Shown: positions 6,809-15,740, numbered from the stretch's first letter. The stretch is DNA of 64,000 nucleotides from Spirochaetota bacterium (GCA_013151965.1 JAADHF010000135.1:32580-96579), one strand, 5' to 3'. Numbers and translations: made by a program. The notes: generated by a model from the sequence alone, not told the origin.

Positions 6809-8485
6809 ATGAGGAAGTACATATCCACAGTCCCGGCTGTTGTATTGGCAGTATTTTTAACAGCCAATATCTGTTACGGGGAGCTGCAGGGGGTTATGTC
6901 CCTGACTACACGGAGCAGGGTTGATACTGACAGTACAAAGACATGGACTTATGCTCCGTTTCTGAATATAAACTTCCAGGATCAGATAGCTGCCGGAACC
7001 AGGATTACAACAGGACTCCAGGCCCAGCTTGGCAGCTCACAGACCGAAGGGTATAAACCTTTATATACAGGAAGGCTCTTTCCGTCCTTCGATTTTACTA
7101 CGAGCAACAGCCGGTACAGTTTTAACGGCGGCTACCGTCATATCATCAATTCCGGCGAATCCGAAGTCCCCTTCCTCATAGAGGAGTTAACCCAGACACA
7201 ATTATTTTATTCAGGCTTGTCGCTTCCGCTTTCGGATCTTCCTTCTTTTAACCTGCAGGGCAGGCAAATTCATAATTTCAGCCTGAACGGGACAAAAAAT
7301 GATTTAAGGGATTCGATAGGCTTAAACTCCGGTTACTCTGCAGGCTTATTCGATATTTCGGTTAATGCAGGGTGGAATAGATATAAGGACTACATCAATC
7401 TATCAGGAGGAATTCCATACGAAGAGAACAACTTTAATGAAACAGTAAATACAAACATAAATTATCAGCCGGCTTCCAGGATAACAGTCAAAGGGAAAGC
7501 AGGCTTAAGCGGGTATCAGAGCAGACGCGGATTTGCAAATAACACCGATCTAAACAGAAACAGCAGTTACTACACCGATTCCACATTATTACTCAAGTTT
7601 ACGGACAGTGTCTCGACAACCGGAAATCTCTCCTGGAACCGAACGGACAGAGAAACGGAAACCGGAAGTACGGTTACAAAACTTCCGCCTGTGGAATCCA
7701 TAAGGGGCGGGGGAGGGATTTATCTTAAACTCTACAAGTTTCTTTTTTCCAATATCAGCTACCAGGGACAGTGGCAGATCGGAGAGAATGCAGCTGTCAA
7801 TACAGCAGGTATCGGATTGGATTTTATTCCTTTTAAAACCATGAAAACATCCCTTGTCTATGGTCTTTCGGAAACAAGCAGGGACTCCGGGAAACTTACA
7901 AGGTCGGACAAGATTTCCTTTTCTGCAAAGGGAAAGGTCTATGACAGGGTAGATATAAACTCCTTCTTGCAGTACAATCGTATCGATGACTATAAGCAGG
8001 ATGTAATCATGACACTCTGGATGGCGGGTTCCAAAATTAAATCCAGACTGATCGATGATTGGCTGGTTAAAAGCATGGACGTCCAGGCGGGATACAACAG
8101 GATGTGGCAGATAATCGATCTCGGAGGGGAAAGAGAGGTTTTAATTATCGATGTTACAAATATTTCCGTACATTCCAGGATGACAAGGGTAATCGGGATC
8201 TCGGGGAAATGGAGCTGGAATAATAAACCCGGCGGGCTTAGTTTAACCCAGCAGTATGCCATGGAGTGGCTTCCGTTAAAAAAAATGCGGCTTAGCGTGG
8301 GGTATGGGATCACCGGCAGCACGGATAAAAGTATAAAGGAGGATATATCCGCCAGAGCAAATTTATCACTCCCGAAGAATTATACACTGTCGGCTGCTTT
8401 CGGCAGCGTTCTTAACAGGGATAATCCGGAGTCTCCCAGGAACGGATCGTACACATTTTCGGCAACAATCTCGGCGAGTTTTTAA
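6809..8485 (+). CDS. Outer-membrane beta-barrel protein (porin-like), unknown family
   Basis: It has a signal peptide (MRKYISTVPAVVLAVFLTANICYG), many short alternating amphipathic strands rich in Y/G/S/N/T, and a C-terminal ...YTFSATISASF ending in Phe, which is an OMP beta-signal. It sits between two multiheme cytochrome genes. Confidence 0.65.
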   Translation: MRKYISTVPAVVLAVFLTANICYGELQGVMSLTTRSRVDTDSTKTWTYAPFLNINFQDQIAAGTRITTGLQAQLGSSQTEGYKPLYTGRLFPSFDFTTSNSRYSFNGGYRHIINSGESEVPFLIEELTQTQLFYSGLSLPLSDLPSFNLQGRQIHNFSLNGTKNDLRDSIGLNSGYSAGLFDISVNAGWNRYKDYINLSGGIPYEENNFNETVNTNINYQPASRITVKGKAGLSGYQSRRGFANNTDLNRNSSYYTDSTLLLKFTDSVSTTGNLSWNRTDRETETGSTVTKLPPVESIRGGGGIYLKLYKFLFSNISYQGQWQIGENAAVNTAGIGLDFIPFKTMKTSLVYGLSETSRDSGKLTRSDKISFSAKGKVYDRVDINSFLQYNRIDDYKQDVIMTLWMAGSKIKSRLIDDWLVKSMDVQAGYNRMWQIIDLGGEREVLIIDVTNISVHSRMTRVIGISGKWSWNNKPGGLSLTQQYAMEWLPLKKMRLSVGYGITGSTDKSIKEDISARANLSLPKNYTLSAAFGSVLNRDNPESPRNGSYTFSATISASF

Positions 8486-8492
8486 AAATATT

Positions 8493-9824
8493 ATGATTGA
8501 TAAAAGATTTTTAATAACTTCAGTTTTGATTATTCTGATATCCGGTCTCTCACCGGTGATATACGGGGATGATGTATTTACTCAGACCGAACACGGAGGA
8601 ACAAACATAAATTCCGATGCCTATGTCCTCGCAGGTTCCTGCGGAACCTGTCATACACAGCACAACAGCCAGGACGGTGCGCCTGTATCCGGAAGCGGAC
8701 CGTTTAAATATCTTCTTAACGGCGCCAATAATAACAGCTTCTGCACTAACTGCCACCTGGACAGTTCGATAGGTACTCCTCCGGGAAGGCCCCCTTTTGA
8801 AAAACTATGGGCCGGTGAAACAAAATATAACGCATCGGCACACGGCACAAGCCTCTTTAAGACTAATCCGGACACGGGATTCGATCTGCCGCTCTGCCTG
8901 GCATGTCATGATCCCCACGGCAGAGGAACGGGTACTCCTTACCCCGCTCTTCGTGCCAATAATGAGGAAAACCTCTGCTATGCCTGCCACGACAGCAATG
9001 GGCCCGCTCAGAATGATATAAAATCAAAGATGCAGGGAACCGCTACATCCACAAGCCCCGTATCCGGAAGTTCGGCCAAAATTAATACCCGCCATGATAT
9101 AAGTCTCTCCGATCAAAACTGGAGCGGAGCAAAGATAGAATGCAAAGACTGCCACAACCCTCATCTTAACAACAGTAGTTATAACGGAGTGGATAAATCC
9201 AGGGTGCGTGATCCGGCCGTCGATCCTTCTACGGCTGCAGGCGCAGCAAACTTTATCGACACCTACAATGTAAATGACCCTGACAGGCCCGGAGATTTAG
9301 ACCCCAACATTTTACCGGAATCTCCTGCCAGTCCGGTACCGGATTATATAGATTTCTGCCTGGTGTGCCACGACGGCAGCTACCCTTCCTGGATTAATCC
9401 CGGAACCAACCCGCCGGCTGTTATAAACTGGGAATCCACAAGCGGAAATTATCACGGCGGCAAGTACGGAGGCGGGAACTCCGGCCAGGGTTACCTTAAA
9501 AGCCGGACAGTCGGGGATCCGGGTTATGTGGCAGGCTACACAGGAGCGGATTACCAGAATCCGGGCTCATATACTGCTGCAGATTCTTATGCTCCGATGC
9601 TCTGCACGGACTGTCATGATCCCCACGGAGTTAACAACAATCTTTTTATGATTAAAAAAACAATCAACGGAAAATCGGGCATAACCTGGACGAACGGCGG
9701 AGTAATATATTACAAAATGTGTACCGCCTGTCACAAAATGACAGGCAAAAAGCACACTATGAAATATGGTGAATCATCGACCTGCAGCCGGCAGTTTCAC
9801 TCACATACAGGAAGCGACTTTTAA
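8493..9824 (+). CDS. Secreted octaheme c-type cytochrome (N-terminus paralogous to the hexaheme)
   Basis: It has a signal peptide and eight CXXCH motifs (CGTCH, CTNCH, CLACH, CYACH, CKDCH, CLVCH, CTDCH, CTACH). The N-terminal TEHGG...CGTCHTQHNS...YLLNGANNNSFCTNCH parallels the first two heme sites of 5744..6721. Confidence 0.85.
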   Translation: MIDKRFLITSVLIILISGLSPVIYGDDVFTQTEHGGTNINSDAYVLAGSCGTCHTQHNSQDGAPVSGSGPFKYLLNGANNNSFCTNCHLDSSIGTPPGRPPFEKLWAGETKYNASAHGTSLFKTNPDTGFDLPLCLACHDPHGRGTGTPYPALRANNEENLCYACHDSNGPAQNDIKSKMQGTATSTSPVSGSSAKINTRHDISLSDQNWSGAKIECKDCHNPHLNNSSYNGVDKSRVRDPAVDPSTAAGAANFIDTYNVNDPDRPGDLDPNILPESPASPVPDYIDFCLVCHDGSYPSWINPGTNPPAVINWESTSGNYHGGKYGGGNSGQGYLKSRTVGDPGYVAGYTGADYQNPGSYTAADSYAPMLCTDCHDPHGVNNNLFMIKKTINGKSGITWTNGGVIYYKMCTACHKMTGKKHTMKYGESSTCSRQFHSHTGSDF

Positions 9825-9855
9825 CAGCATGTTCCCCGCGCGGAGAGGCGGTATA

Positions 9856-10335
9856 ATGGCCGTACCGGACAGAAAATCTATAATAACCGGTCTTATCTTT
9901 ATCCTGGTAATCGCAGGCACAGGAACTTTATATATAATTTATTCAGCGAATCTAAGATCCGGACAGGCAGCCGGCCATTTGAGCCGGGGGATAGGATACA
10001 TAAAAAACGGAAAGAATATAGAAGCGGTAACCGAACTAGAAAAAGCTATTTCCATAAAACCCGGCCTGTGGAAGGCATATTACTACCTCGGAGGAATCTA
10101 CCTTAAGAAGAACATGCTCTCCGAGGCCGGAAAAGAATTCGCAAAGGCCCTGAAACTGAAACCCGCCATGCCGGAAATTTATAACGCTCTGGGAATCGTT
10201 TATTTTAAAATGGGTAAAGTGGATGCGGCAACTGCCTATTTCCAGGCATCCCTAAGACTGAATCCCTTAAACGAACAGGTAAACGCTATCCTGGAAACAA
10301 TAAACGGCAGGGGAATGAAACAGACAAAAAAGTGA
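9856..10335 (+). CDS. Membrane-anchored TPR protein
   Basis: MAVPDRKSIITGLIFILVIAGTGTLYIIY is an N-terminal TM segment, followed by 3-4 TPR motifs (KAYYYLGGIYLKKNMLSEAGKEFAKALKLKP...). An alternative start is at 9829. Its stop overlaps the GTG start of ccsB. Confidence 0.7.
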   Translation: MAVPDRKSIITGLIFILVIAGTGTLYIIYSANLRSGQAAGHLSRGIGYIKNGKNIEAVTELEKAISIKPGLWKAYYYLGGIYLKKNMLSEAGKEFAKALKLKPAMPEIYNALGIVYFKMGKVDAATAYFQASLRLNPLNEQVNAILETINGRGMKQTKK

Positions 10336-11675
10336 AGGTATATAAATTTTTAATATCACCGAAGTTTGTCATTCTCCTTCTTCTTGCTATATCCGTCCTC
10401 TCGATACTGGGAATATTTATACCCCAGGGAGAGGGAGATTTATTTTATGCCAAACACTACGGGCTGGGAAAGGCAGTGCTCTTTTTAGGATTAAACAACC
10501 TGTACAATCTCTGGTTTTATAAACTGTTGTACTTGTTCCTCGGCATCGATCTGATCCTGTGCTCGGTGAAAAGAATAGGATACCTGCGTAAGATATTTTC
10601 TAATCCTGAGGAAGAATTAAATCTGAAACCGAACCGTTATGAGAAAAAAATAAGGCTTGACGGCGGTATTCAGGATACGGCTGTTAAGATTTGCAGGCTC
10701 CTTAAACACTCGTTCTACAGAGTTAAAAGCAAAAGAATCGATAACGGAAATAAAACATCCATTCTCGCAGGCAGAGGGAAAATAAGCACCTTTGGAAGTA
10801 CCATAGTCCATGGCGGTATTTTAATCATAATATTTTACACTTTTTTTTGGGGCACATCCGGATACGGGCGCTATGTTAAAATCGTGGAGGGAAACAGTTA
10901 TGTCGAACCCTCTGAAAATTTTCTGGTAAGAGTGGACAAGATAAGACTGGACTACTACAAACCTGGAAAAGATGTGTCTTCTGCCGGTGAGTTTCGATTA
11001 AAGAATGCCCAGGCGACGCTGTCTGTTTTAAAAGACGGTAGTTCTGTGCAGACAACCAGAACACTTAGAATCGGCGAAAGATTAAAATACAAAGGCATAA
11101 ACTTTAAACTGGATTACAAAGGATTCGGATGGGCATATAGAATACTGCTTACCAATTCGTCCGGCTGGCAATGGACCCTCTCCGTCTGGCCATGGAACCC
11201 GGTAATTTCCCTGTCAAAATTAAACTGGATGATATACCTGCATAATCTTTATCCTGATTTTGCACTGGATGATAAAGGAAATCCTTATTCCAAAACTCCC
11301 TACCTCCGAAATCCTGCAGCTAAAATCTGGATTCAGCAGGGAACAAAGAAACCGGAGCTTATCGGATGGTTAAAGTCCGATGCACCCTTGAAGTTTAAAG
11401 GTTATACTCTGAAGATGGTCGATCTTCGGCCCTACGCTTCCGTTTATGTCAGTAAAAAGCCCGGTATTCCATTTATCTGGGCCGGCTTCGGATTAATTAT
11501 TGCCGGCCTGTTATTGATATACGGCCTGGATTACAGAATAATCAGGATAATAGTTTCAACCGGCAGAGGGGCAGAAGACATACTGATAACCGGTACAAGT
11601 ACAAAAACGGGCAACAATCTCAAAAAGGATATCGAGACTATTGCTGCCGGAATAGAAGCCGGAAAGGAGTTATGA
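10332..11675 (+). CDS. ccsB: Cytochrome c biogenesis protein CcsB/ResB (System II)
   Basis: The GTG start overlaps the upstream stop. The ResB-like N-terminus is FLISPKFVILLLLAISVLSILGIFIPQG. It has a large soluble loop and a C-terminal TM (GIPFIWAGFGLIIAGLLLIYG). It is immediately upstream of ccsA with an ATGA overlap. Confidence 0.85.
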   Translation: MKVYKFLISPKFVILLLLAISVLSILGIFIPQGEGDLFYAKHYGLGKAVLFLGLNNLYNLWFYKLLYLFLGIDLILCSVKRIGYLRKIFSNPEEELNLKPNRYEKKIRLDGGIQDTAVKICRLLKHSFYRVKSKRIDNGNKTSILAGRGKISTFGSTIVHGGILIIIFYTFFWGTSGYGRYVKIVEGNSYVEPSENFLVRVDKIRLDYYKPGKDVSSAGEFRLKNAQATLSVLKDGSSVQTTRTLRIGERLKYKGINFKLDYKGFGWAYRILLTNSSGWQWTLSVWPWNPVISLSKLNWMIYLHNLYPDFALDDKGNPYSKTPYLRNPAAKIWIQQGTKKPELIGWLKSDAPLKFKGYTLKMVDLRPYASVYVSKKPGIPFIWAGFGLIIAGLLLIYGLDYRIIRIIVSTGRGAEDILITGTSTKTGNNLKKDIETIAAGIEAGKEL

Positions 11676-12475
11676 TGGGTATTGAATCAATTTTTTTAAG
11701 TATAGCCTTCGCTTCATATTTTTTAGCTGCAATCGCTTATGTTATATTTTTAGTTACAAAATGGGAACCGGCCGGGAAAACCGGCAGCCTTATCGCCTTT
11801 GCAGGACTGATCTGCCACACTATTGCCCTTGTGTCCCGTATAATCATAGCGAAACGCCTCGTGGGCTACAACTTTTACGAATACATGTCCGTATTCGCCT
11901 GGGGTACAGTCCTGGTATACCTGATTGCGGAAAGGAAAACAAAGCTCAGAATTATCGGCGTATTTGTACTTCCTGTAGTAATCCTGCTTCTGGGCTATGC
12001 CTCCGTACTGCCGAAAAATATAACACCCCTTGTTCCGGCTTTAAGGAGTTACTGGCTGCAGATCCACATTATTACTACGGTAGTATCATACAGCTCATTT
12101 ACTCTCTCCTTTGGTGCAGGGATAATATACCTTATAAGAAAAAAACTGCCTTTTAAGGCAGAAACCGGTGCACTGGAGATAGTTATATCCAGGGCTATAA
12201 TTTTCGGTTTTCCCTTTCTGACCATCGGCATCCTTTCCGGCGCAATCTGGGCTCAATATATCTGGAACAGGGCATGGAGCTGGGACCCCAAGGAAACCTC
12301 CTCCCTGGTTACCTGGTTGGTCTATGCCGCTTATCTCCATACCAGGCTTGCAAGGGGATGGAGCGGGAAACGTGCTGCAATTTTAAGTATCATAGGCTTT
12401 GCCTGCGTTATTTTTACCTACCTGGGGGTGGACCTTCTTGTTCCCAGGGCTCATACCTTCCTTTTTAACAAATAA
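11672..12475 (+). CDS. ccsA: Cytochrome c-type biogenesis protein CcsA/ResC (heme handling, WWD motif)
   Basis: It is polytopic. The Trp-rich heme-handling motif is GAIWAQYIWNRAWSWDPKETSSLVTWLVYAAYLH. Confidence 0.9.
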   Translation: MMGIESIFLSIAFASYFLAAIAYVIFLVTKWEPAGKTGSLIAFAGLICHTIALVSRIIIAKRLVGYNFYEYMSVFAWGTVLVYLIAERKTKLRIIGVFVLPVVILLLGYASVLPKNITPLVPALRSYWLQIHIITTVVSYSSFTLSFGAGIIYLIRKKLPFKAETGALEIVISRAIIFGFPFLTIGILSGAIWAQYIWNRAWSWDPKETSSLVTWLVYAAYLHTRLARGWSGKRAAILSIIGFACVIFTYLGVDLLVPRAHTFLFNK

Positions 12476-12574
12476 TGAATAACTACATTGAGCAATTATT
12501 ACCTTTATTTTTACTTCTTAAAAGATTACACTGATACGTACAATGACCGTTAAAATCATATTGCCGGAGCTGTT

Positions 12575-13576
12575 ATGACAAAAGATCCCGCCGGACAAAA
12601 AGCAGTGCTTCTTAAGCGAGCCGATATTTTTTCATCCCTTATTCCCCATGAGATAGAAGTTATTGCCTGGAACAGTGATTTTTACGACTATAAAACCGGT
12701 GACCCGGTTTTTTCCAGGGGGGACCCCGGCAATACCCTCTATATCGTAGAATCCGGCGAAATCGTAGTTCAGAAGCAGGATGAGTCCGGCCGGAAAACCG
12801 ATATAGCCCGTTTTGTCCAGGGCAACTGTTTCGGAGAACTCGATCTGTTCACCGGAACATCCAGAATTGCTTCCGCTTTCGCATCTGTCGAAACACGGCT
12901 TTTGGAATTTCCCAAATCCGGCATAGAATTTACAGCGATTCTCGATAAACATCCGGCTCTGTCTGCCCGGATCCTCCACAAAATTCTAGCGGAGATTGCC
13001 GTGCGAATCCGCAGGGCCAACACCCTCATCAAAGAGAATTCTCCCCTGGTGCAGGAAATGAGAAGGCAGGTGTATAGAGACAAGCTTACAGGGTTATTTA
13101 ATCGAACCTATCTCTTAGAAAAAATAAGGGAACTTATCGATAAAAACAGTTCCGGCTTTTCTCTTCTGATAACAAAACCGGACAATTTTAAGGCTTTAAA
13201 CGACACTTACGGCCACGAAGCGGGAGACACGGCTATCAGCATTATGGCAAGGGGATTACGGGATTTTATCGGGGATGACAACAGGACAGCAAGGTACAAG
13301 GGTAATGCCATGGCAGTACTTATTCCGGGGGGTACAAAAGAGGAAGCTTACAACCAGGCTCTGCGTATCCGGGAATTCATGAACAACCTCGATGTAACCG
13401 GAGCAACGAAAGGAAAGGAATTCCGCATTACCGCCAGCACCGGCATCGCATGTTTCCCTGACCACGGCATTAACGCTGAAGATCTTGTATTTAAAACTCA
13501 TGAGCTTTCTCTTGCAGGCAGACGCAGGGGGGGAAATCTCATCCTGTTTCCGGAAGATGCCGGGGAGCGGAAATGA
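12575..13576 (+). CDS. Cyclic-nucleotide-binding domain protein with a degenerate GGDEF domain
   Basis: The cNMP-binding signature is GNCFGELDLFTGTSRIASAFA. The GGDEF fold is present (LTGLFNRTYL, FKALNDTYGHEAGD), but the active-site pentapeptide is KGNAM (ARYKGNAMAVL) and no RxxD I-site is in register. Confidence 0.8.
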   Translation: MTKDPAGQKAVLLKRADIFSSLIPHEIEVIAWNSDFYDYKTGDPVFSRGDPGNTLYIVESGEIVVQKQDESGRKTDIARFVQGNCFGELDLFTGTSRIASAFASVETRLLEFPKSGIEFTAILDKHPALSARILHKILAEIAVRIRRANTLIKENSPLVQEMRRQVYRDKLTGLFNRTYLLEKIRELIDKNSSGFSLLITKPDNFKALNDTYGHEAGDTAISIMARGLRDFIGDDNRTARYKGNAMAVLIPGGTKEEAYNQALRIREFMNNLDVTGATKGKEFRITASTGIACFPDHGINAEDLVFKTHELSLAGRRRGGNLILFPEDAGERK

Positions 13577-14550
13577 AAAGGACTCCCGTTGATGTACTTA
13601 GATCGATCGAAATTCTCTCTTCTCTTTCCCGGGAAGAACTGGATTCGCTTTATTCACTTATGAACACCGAAGAATACCTAAAAGGGCAAACCCTTTTCAA
13701 CGAAGGCGATAACGGCGAAATCATGTATATCATACTTTCCGGATCGGTTTCCATATCCGTAAATCTGCCGGACGGGAAAGTGCTGGAGATCGCAGAGATT
13801 ACAGAGGGTAATTTCTTCGGGGAGATGTCCATTTTCGACAGTGCGGCAAGGTCCGCTACATGCTCTCCTAAATGCGACACAAAAGTACTCAGCCTTAAAG
13901 CAGGTGATTTTTACAAATTCATAAAAAACAAACCGGAGGCCGGTATAAATATCATGCGCCGTATGCTGAATATTACCACCATGCGTCTTGAAAAAACCGG
14001 TGCATTTCTGTCGGATATGGTCACCTGGGGAGAACAGGCAAGGACCCGGGCAATTACCGATGATTTTACAGGGCTGTATAACCGCCGGTTTCTCGATGAG
14101 GCAATAAAAGACCGTATTACCGAGGCAATGGATAAAAGCCTTCCTCTCTCCATTGTCATGATCGATCTGGATCATTTCGGAACATTGAACAATGAATACG
14201 GACAGGATATGGGAGACAGGGTAATCCTGGCAATTGTCCCGATTTTCAGAAAACTGTTTAGAAAGGAAGATATTCTTGCCCGGTACGGAGGTGATGAGTT
14301 TACCTTTCTTCTGCCCGGAACTACGGGCGCAGAAGCCCGGGATATCTGTTCGAAGCTGGTAAGGGAAGTCCGGAAAATCGACCTGCTTAAGAATCTCGAC
14401 GGATCGCTGAAGAAAGTTACTGCCAGTATCGGCATCGCATGTTTTCCTGATCATGCCGACTCGGCTTCCCGGATCAAAGAAAGGGCCGACCAGGCACTCT
14501 ACAAGGCAAAGGAAGCCGGGCGGGATACCGCAGTTCTCTGGACAAACTAA
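13573..14550 (+). CDS. Cyclic-nucleotide-binding domain diguanylate cyclase (intact GGDEF and I-site)
   Basis: The cNMP-binding signature is GNFFGEMSIFDSAARSAT. The GGDEF domain has RKED (RxxD) five residues before ARYGGDEF. It has an ATGA overlap with the upstream paralogue. Confidence 0.85.
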   Translation: MKRTPVDVLRSIEILSSLSREELDSLYSLMNTEEYLKGQTLFNEGDNGEIMYIILSGSVSISVNLPDGKVLEIAEITEGNFFGEMSIFDSAARSATCSPKCDTKVLSLKAGDFYKFIKNKPEAGINIMRRMLNITTMRLEKTGAFLSDMVTWGEQARTRAITDDFTGLYNRRFLDEAIKDRITEAMDKSLPLSIVMIDLDHFGTLNNEYGQDMGDRVILAIVPIFRKLFRKEDILARYGGDEFTFLLPGTTGAEARDICSKLVREVRKIDLLKNLDGSLKKVTASIGIACFPDHADSASRIKERADQALYKAKEAGRDTAVLWTN

Positions 14551-14561
14551 AGGGAGGGTAC

Positions 14562-15740
14562 ATGACAAAAACCCGAATGACAAGCATCAAAAGAAGAAAT
14601 CTGATTATTAATCACATCCTGGAGGCAATTACGGAACGGGACTGTTTCCTTATCATGGGTCACAAGAATCCTGATGAGGATTGTATTTCTTCAATGATTG
14701 CCATAAGCCTGCTGCTGAACAAGTTTTCGAAAATTGCGTACCTGATGGTTCCCGGAAAAATAAATAGAAATTATCAGTATCTTCTTAATATCTGCAGGTA
14801 CAATGCAATCGAAATTCTCCACAACAAAGAGAAATTACCCCACGAGGTCTCTGCCGTGTTTATTCTGGACACACCTAAACCGGAGATGAGGGAAACATTT
14901 CCCGGTTCTGCCGGGATTTATAATAACAAGGATATCTTAAAAATTGAAATCGATCATCATCTCGGAGCGGACAGCGATTACATCGGCGACAAGGGTTACT
15001 GCCTTGTAGATGAAGCCTCTTCGGCAAGCGAGCTGGTAGGATTGATGGCGTTCAAACTGAAAAATCATAAAGACATCACCGGTTCCTTTAACATTCAGGA
15101 TCTGTTCTCCCGCAATTTTGTCCTGGCTGTACTTACAGGTATCATCGGTGATTCGAAAATGGGAAAGTATCTAAAAACCAGCAGGGAAAAATGGTTCTAC
15201 CGGTTATTCAGCAGCATGTTCAACGAAATGCTCACTAATAAAACCCGAAAGAATTCCGGAAATTTTTCTACCATGGACGAGGTATTTACCGAACTCCAGC
15301 AGTTGTCCCGGCAGGAGGATGAATGCTTTGCCATCATGATGAAACAGAAGGTGGATATCTCTCCGAAAATAGGATCGGTGATCATATCACAGGATGTGAT
15401 AAAACAGATGCGGACCCTCTTTGACAACGACACCATTGTTACAGTTGCCAGGTATGCTGCTGATTCCCTGGCAGAATCCAGCCGATCATTAAGTCTCGTC
15501 GCTTATTACGATGATAAGAAGGATTCCGATTTAATACAATTCCGCCTGCGAAGAAGCCATTCATACAAAGCCCTGGATCTCCGCAGTGTTCTCGAATTCT
15601 TTGACATAAAAAACGGAGGAGGCCACCCCGGGGCCATAGGTTTCCGGATACCTGAAGCGGAGATACCGGACATCTATGGATATGTGGAAACTCTTATAAA
15701 AGGGACAGAAAAACTGATGTCCCGGGCAGAGAGAGGATAA
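14562..15740 (+). CDS. DHH/DHHA1 phosphoesterase, NrnA-like (candidate nanoRNase/pGpG hydrolase)
   Basis: The DHH motifs are GHKNPDEDCISS, ILDT and IEIDHHLG. The DHHA1 motif is GGGHPGAIGF. Confidence 0.75.
   Translation: MTKTRMTSIKRRNLIINHILEAITERDCFLIMGHKNPDEDCISSMIAISLLLNKFSKIAYLMVPGKINRNYQYLLNICRYNAIEILHNKEKLPHEVSAVFILDTPKPEMRETFPGSAGIYNNKDILKIEIDHHLGADSDYIGDKGYCLVDEASSASELVGLMAFKLKNHKDITGSFNIQDLFSRNFVLAVLTGIIGDSKMGKYLKTSREKWFYRLFSSMFNEMLTNKTRKNSGNFSTMDEVFTELQQLSRQEDECFAIMMKQKVDISPKIGSVIISQDVIKQMRTLFDNDTIVTVARYAADSLAESSRSLSLVAYYDDKKDSDLIQFRLRRSHSYKALDLRSVLEFFDIKNGGGHPGAIGFRIPEAEIPDIYGYVETLIKGTEKLMSRAERG

Noticed and set aside
12575-14550. Whether either GGDEF protein could be a Hypr-type cGAMP synthase.
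   Set aside because: Both keep Asp at the specificity position after the GH/GQ (GHEAGD, GQDMGD), whereas Hypr enzymes have Ser/Thr there. The first is also catalytically degenerate.
13678-14583. A 301-aa ORF antisense to the GGDEF gene. Similar long antisense or shadow ORFs occur at 196..675, 3840..4307, 24842..25432, 27191..27784, 33042..33506 and 38903..39400.
   Set aside because: Each lies entirely opposite a gene with clear family motifs. They have Cys/Arg/Pro-rich, low-information composition, no RBS and no recognisable domains. They are typical shadow ORFs.
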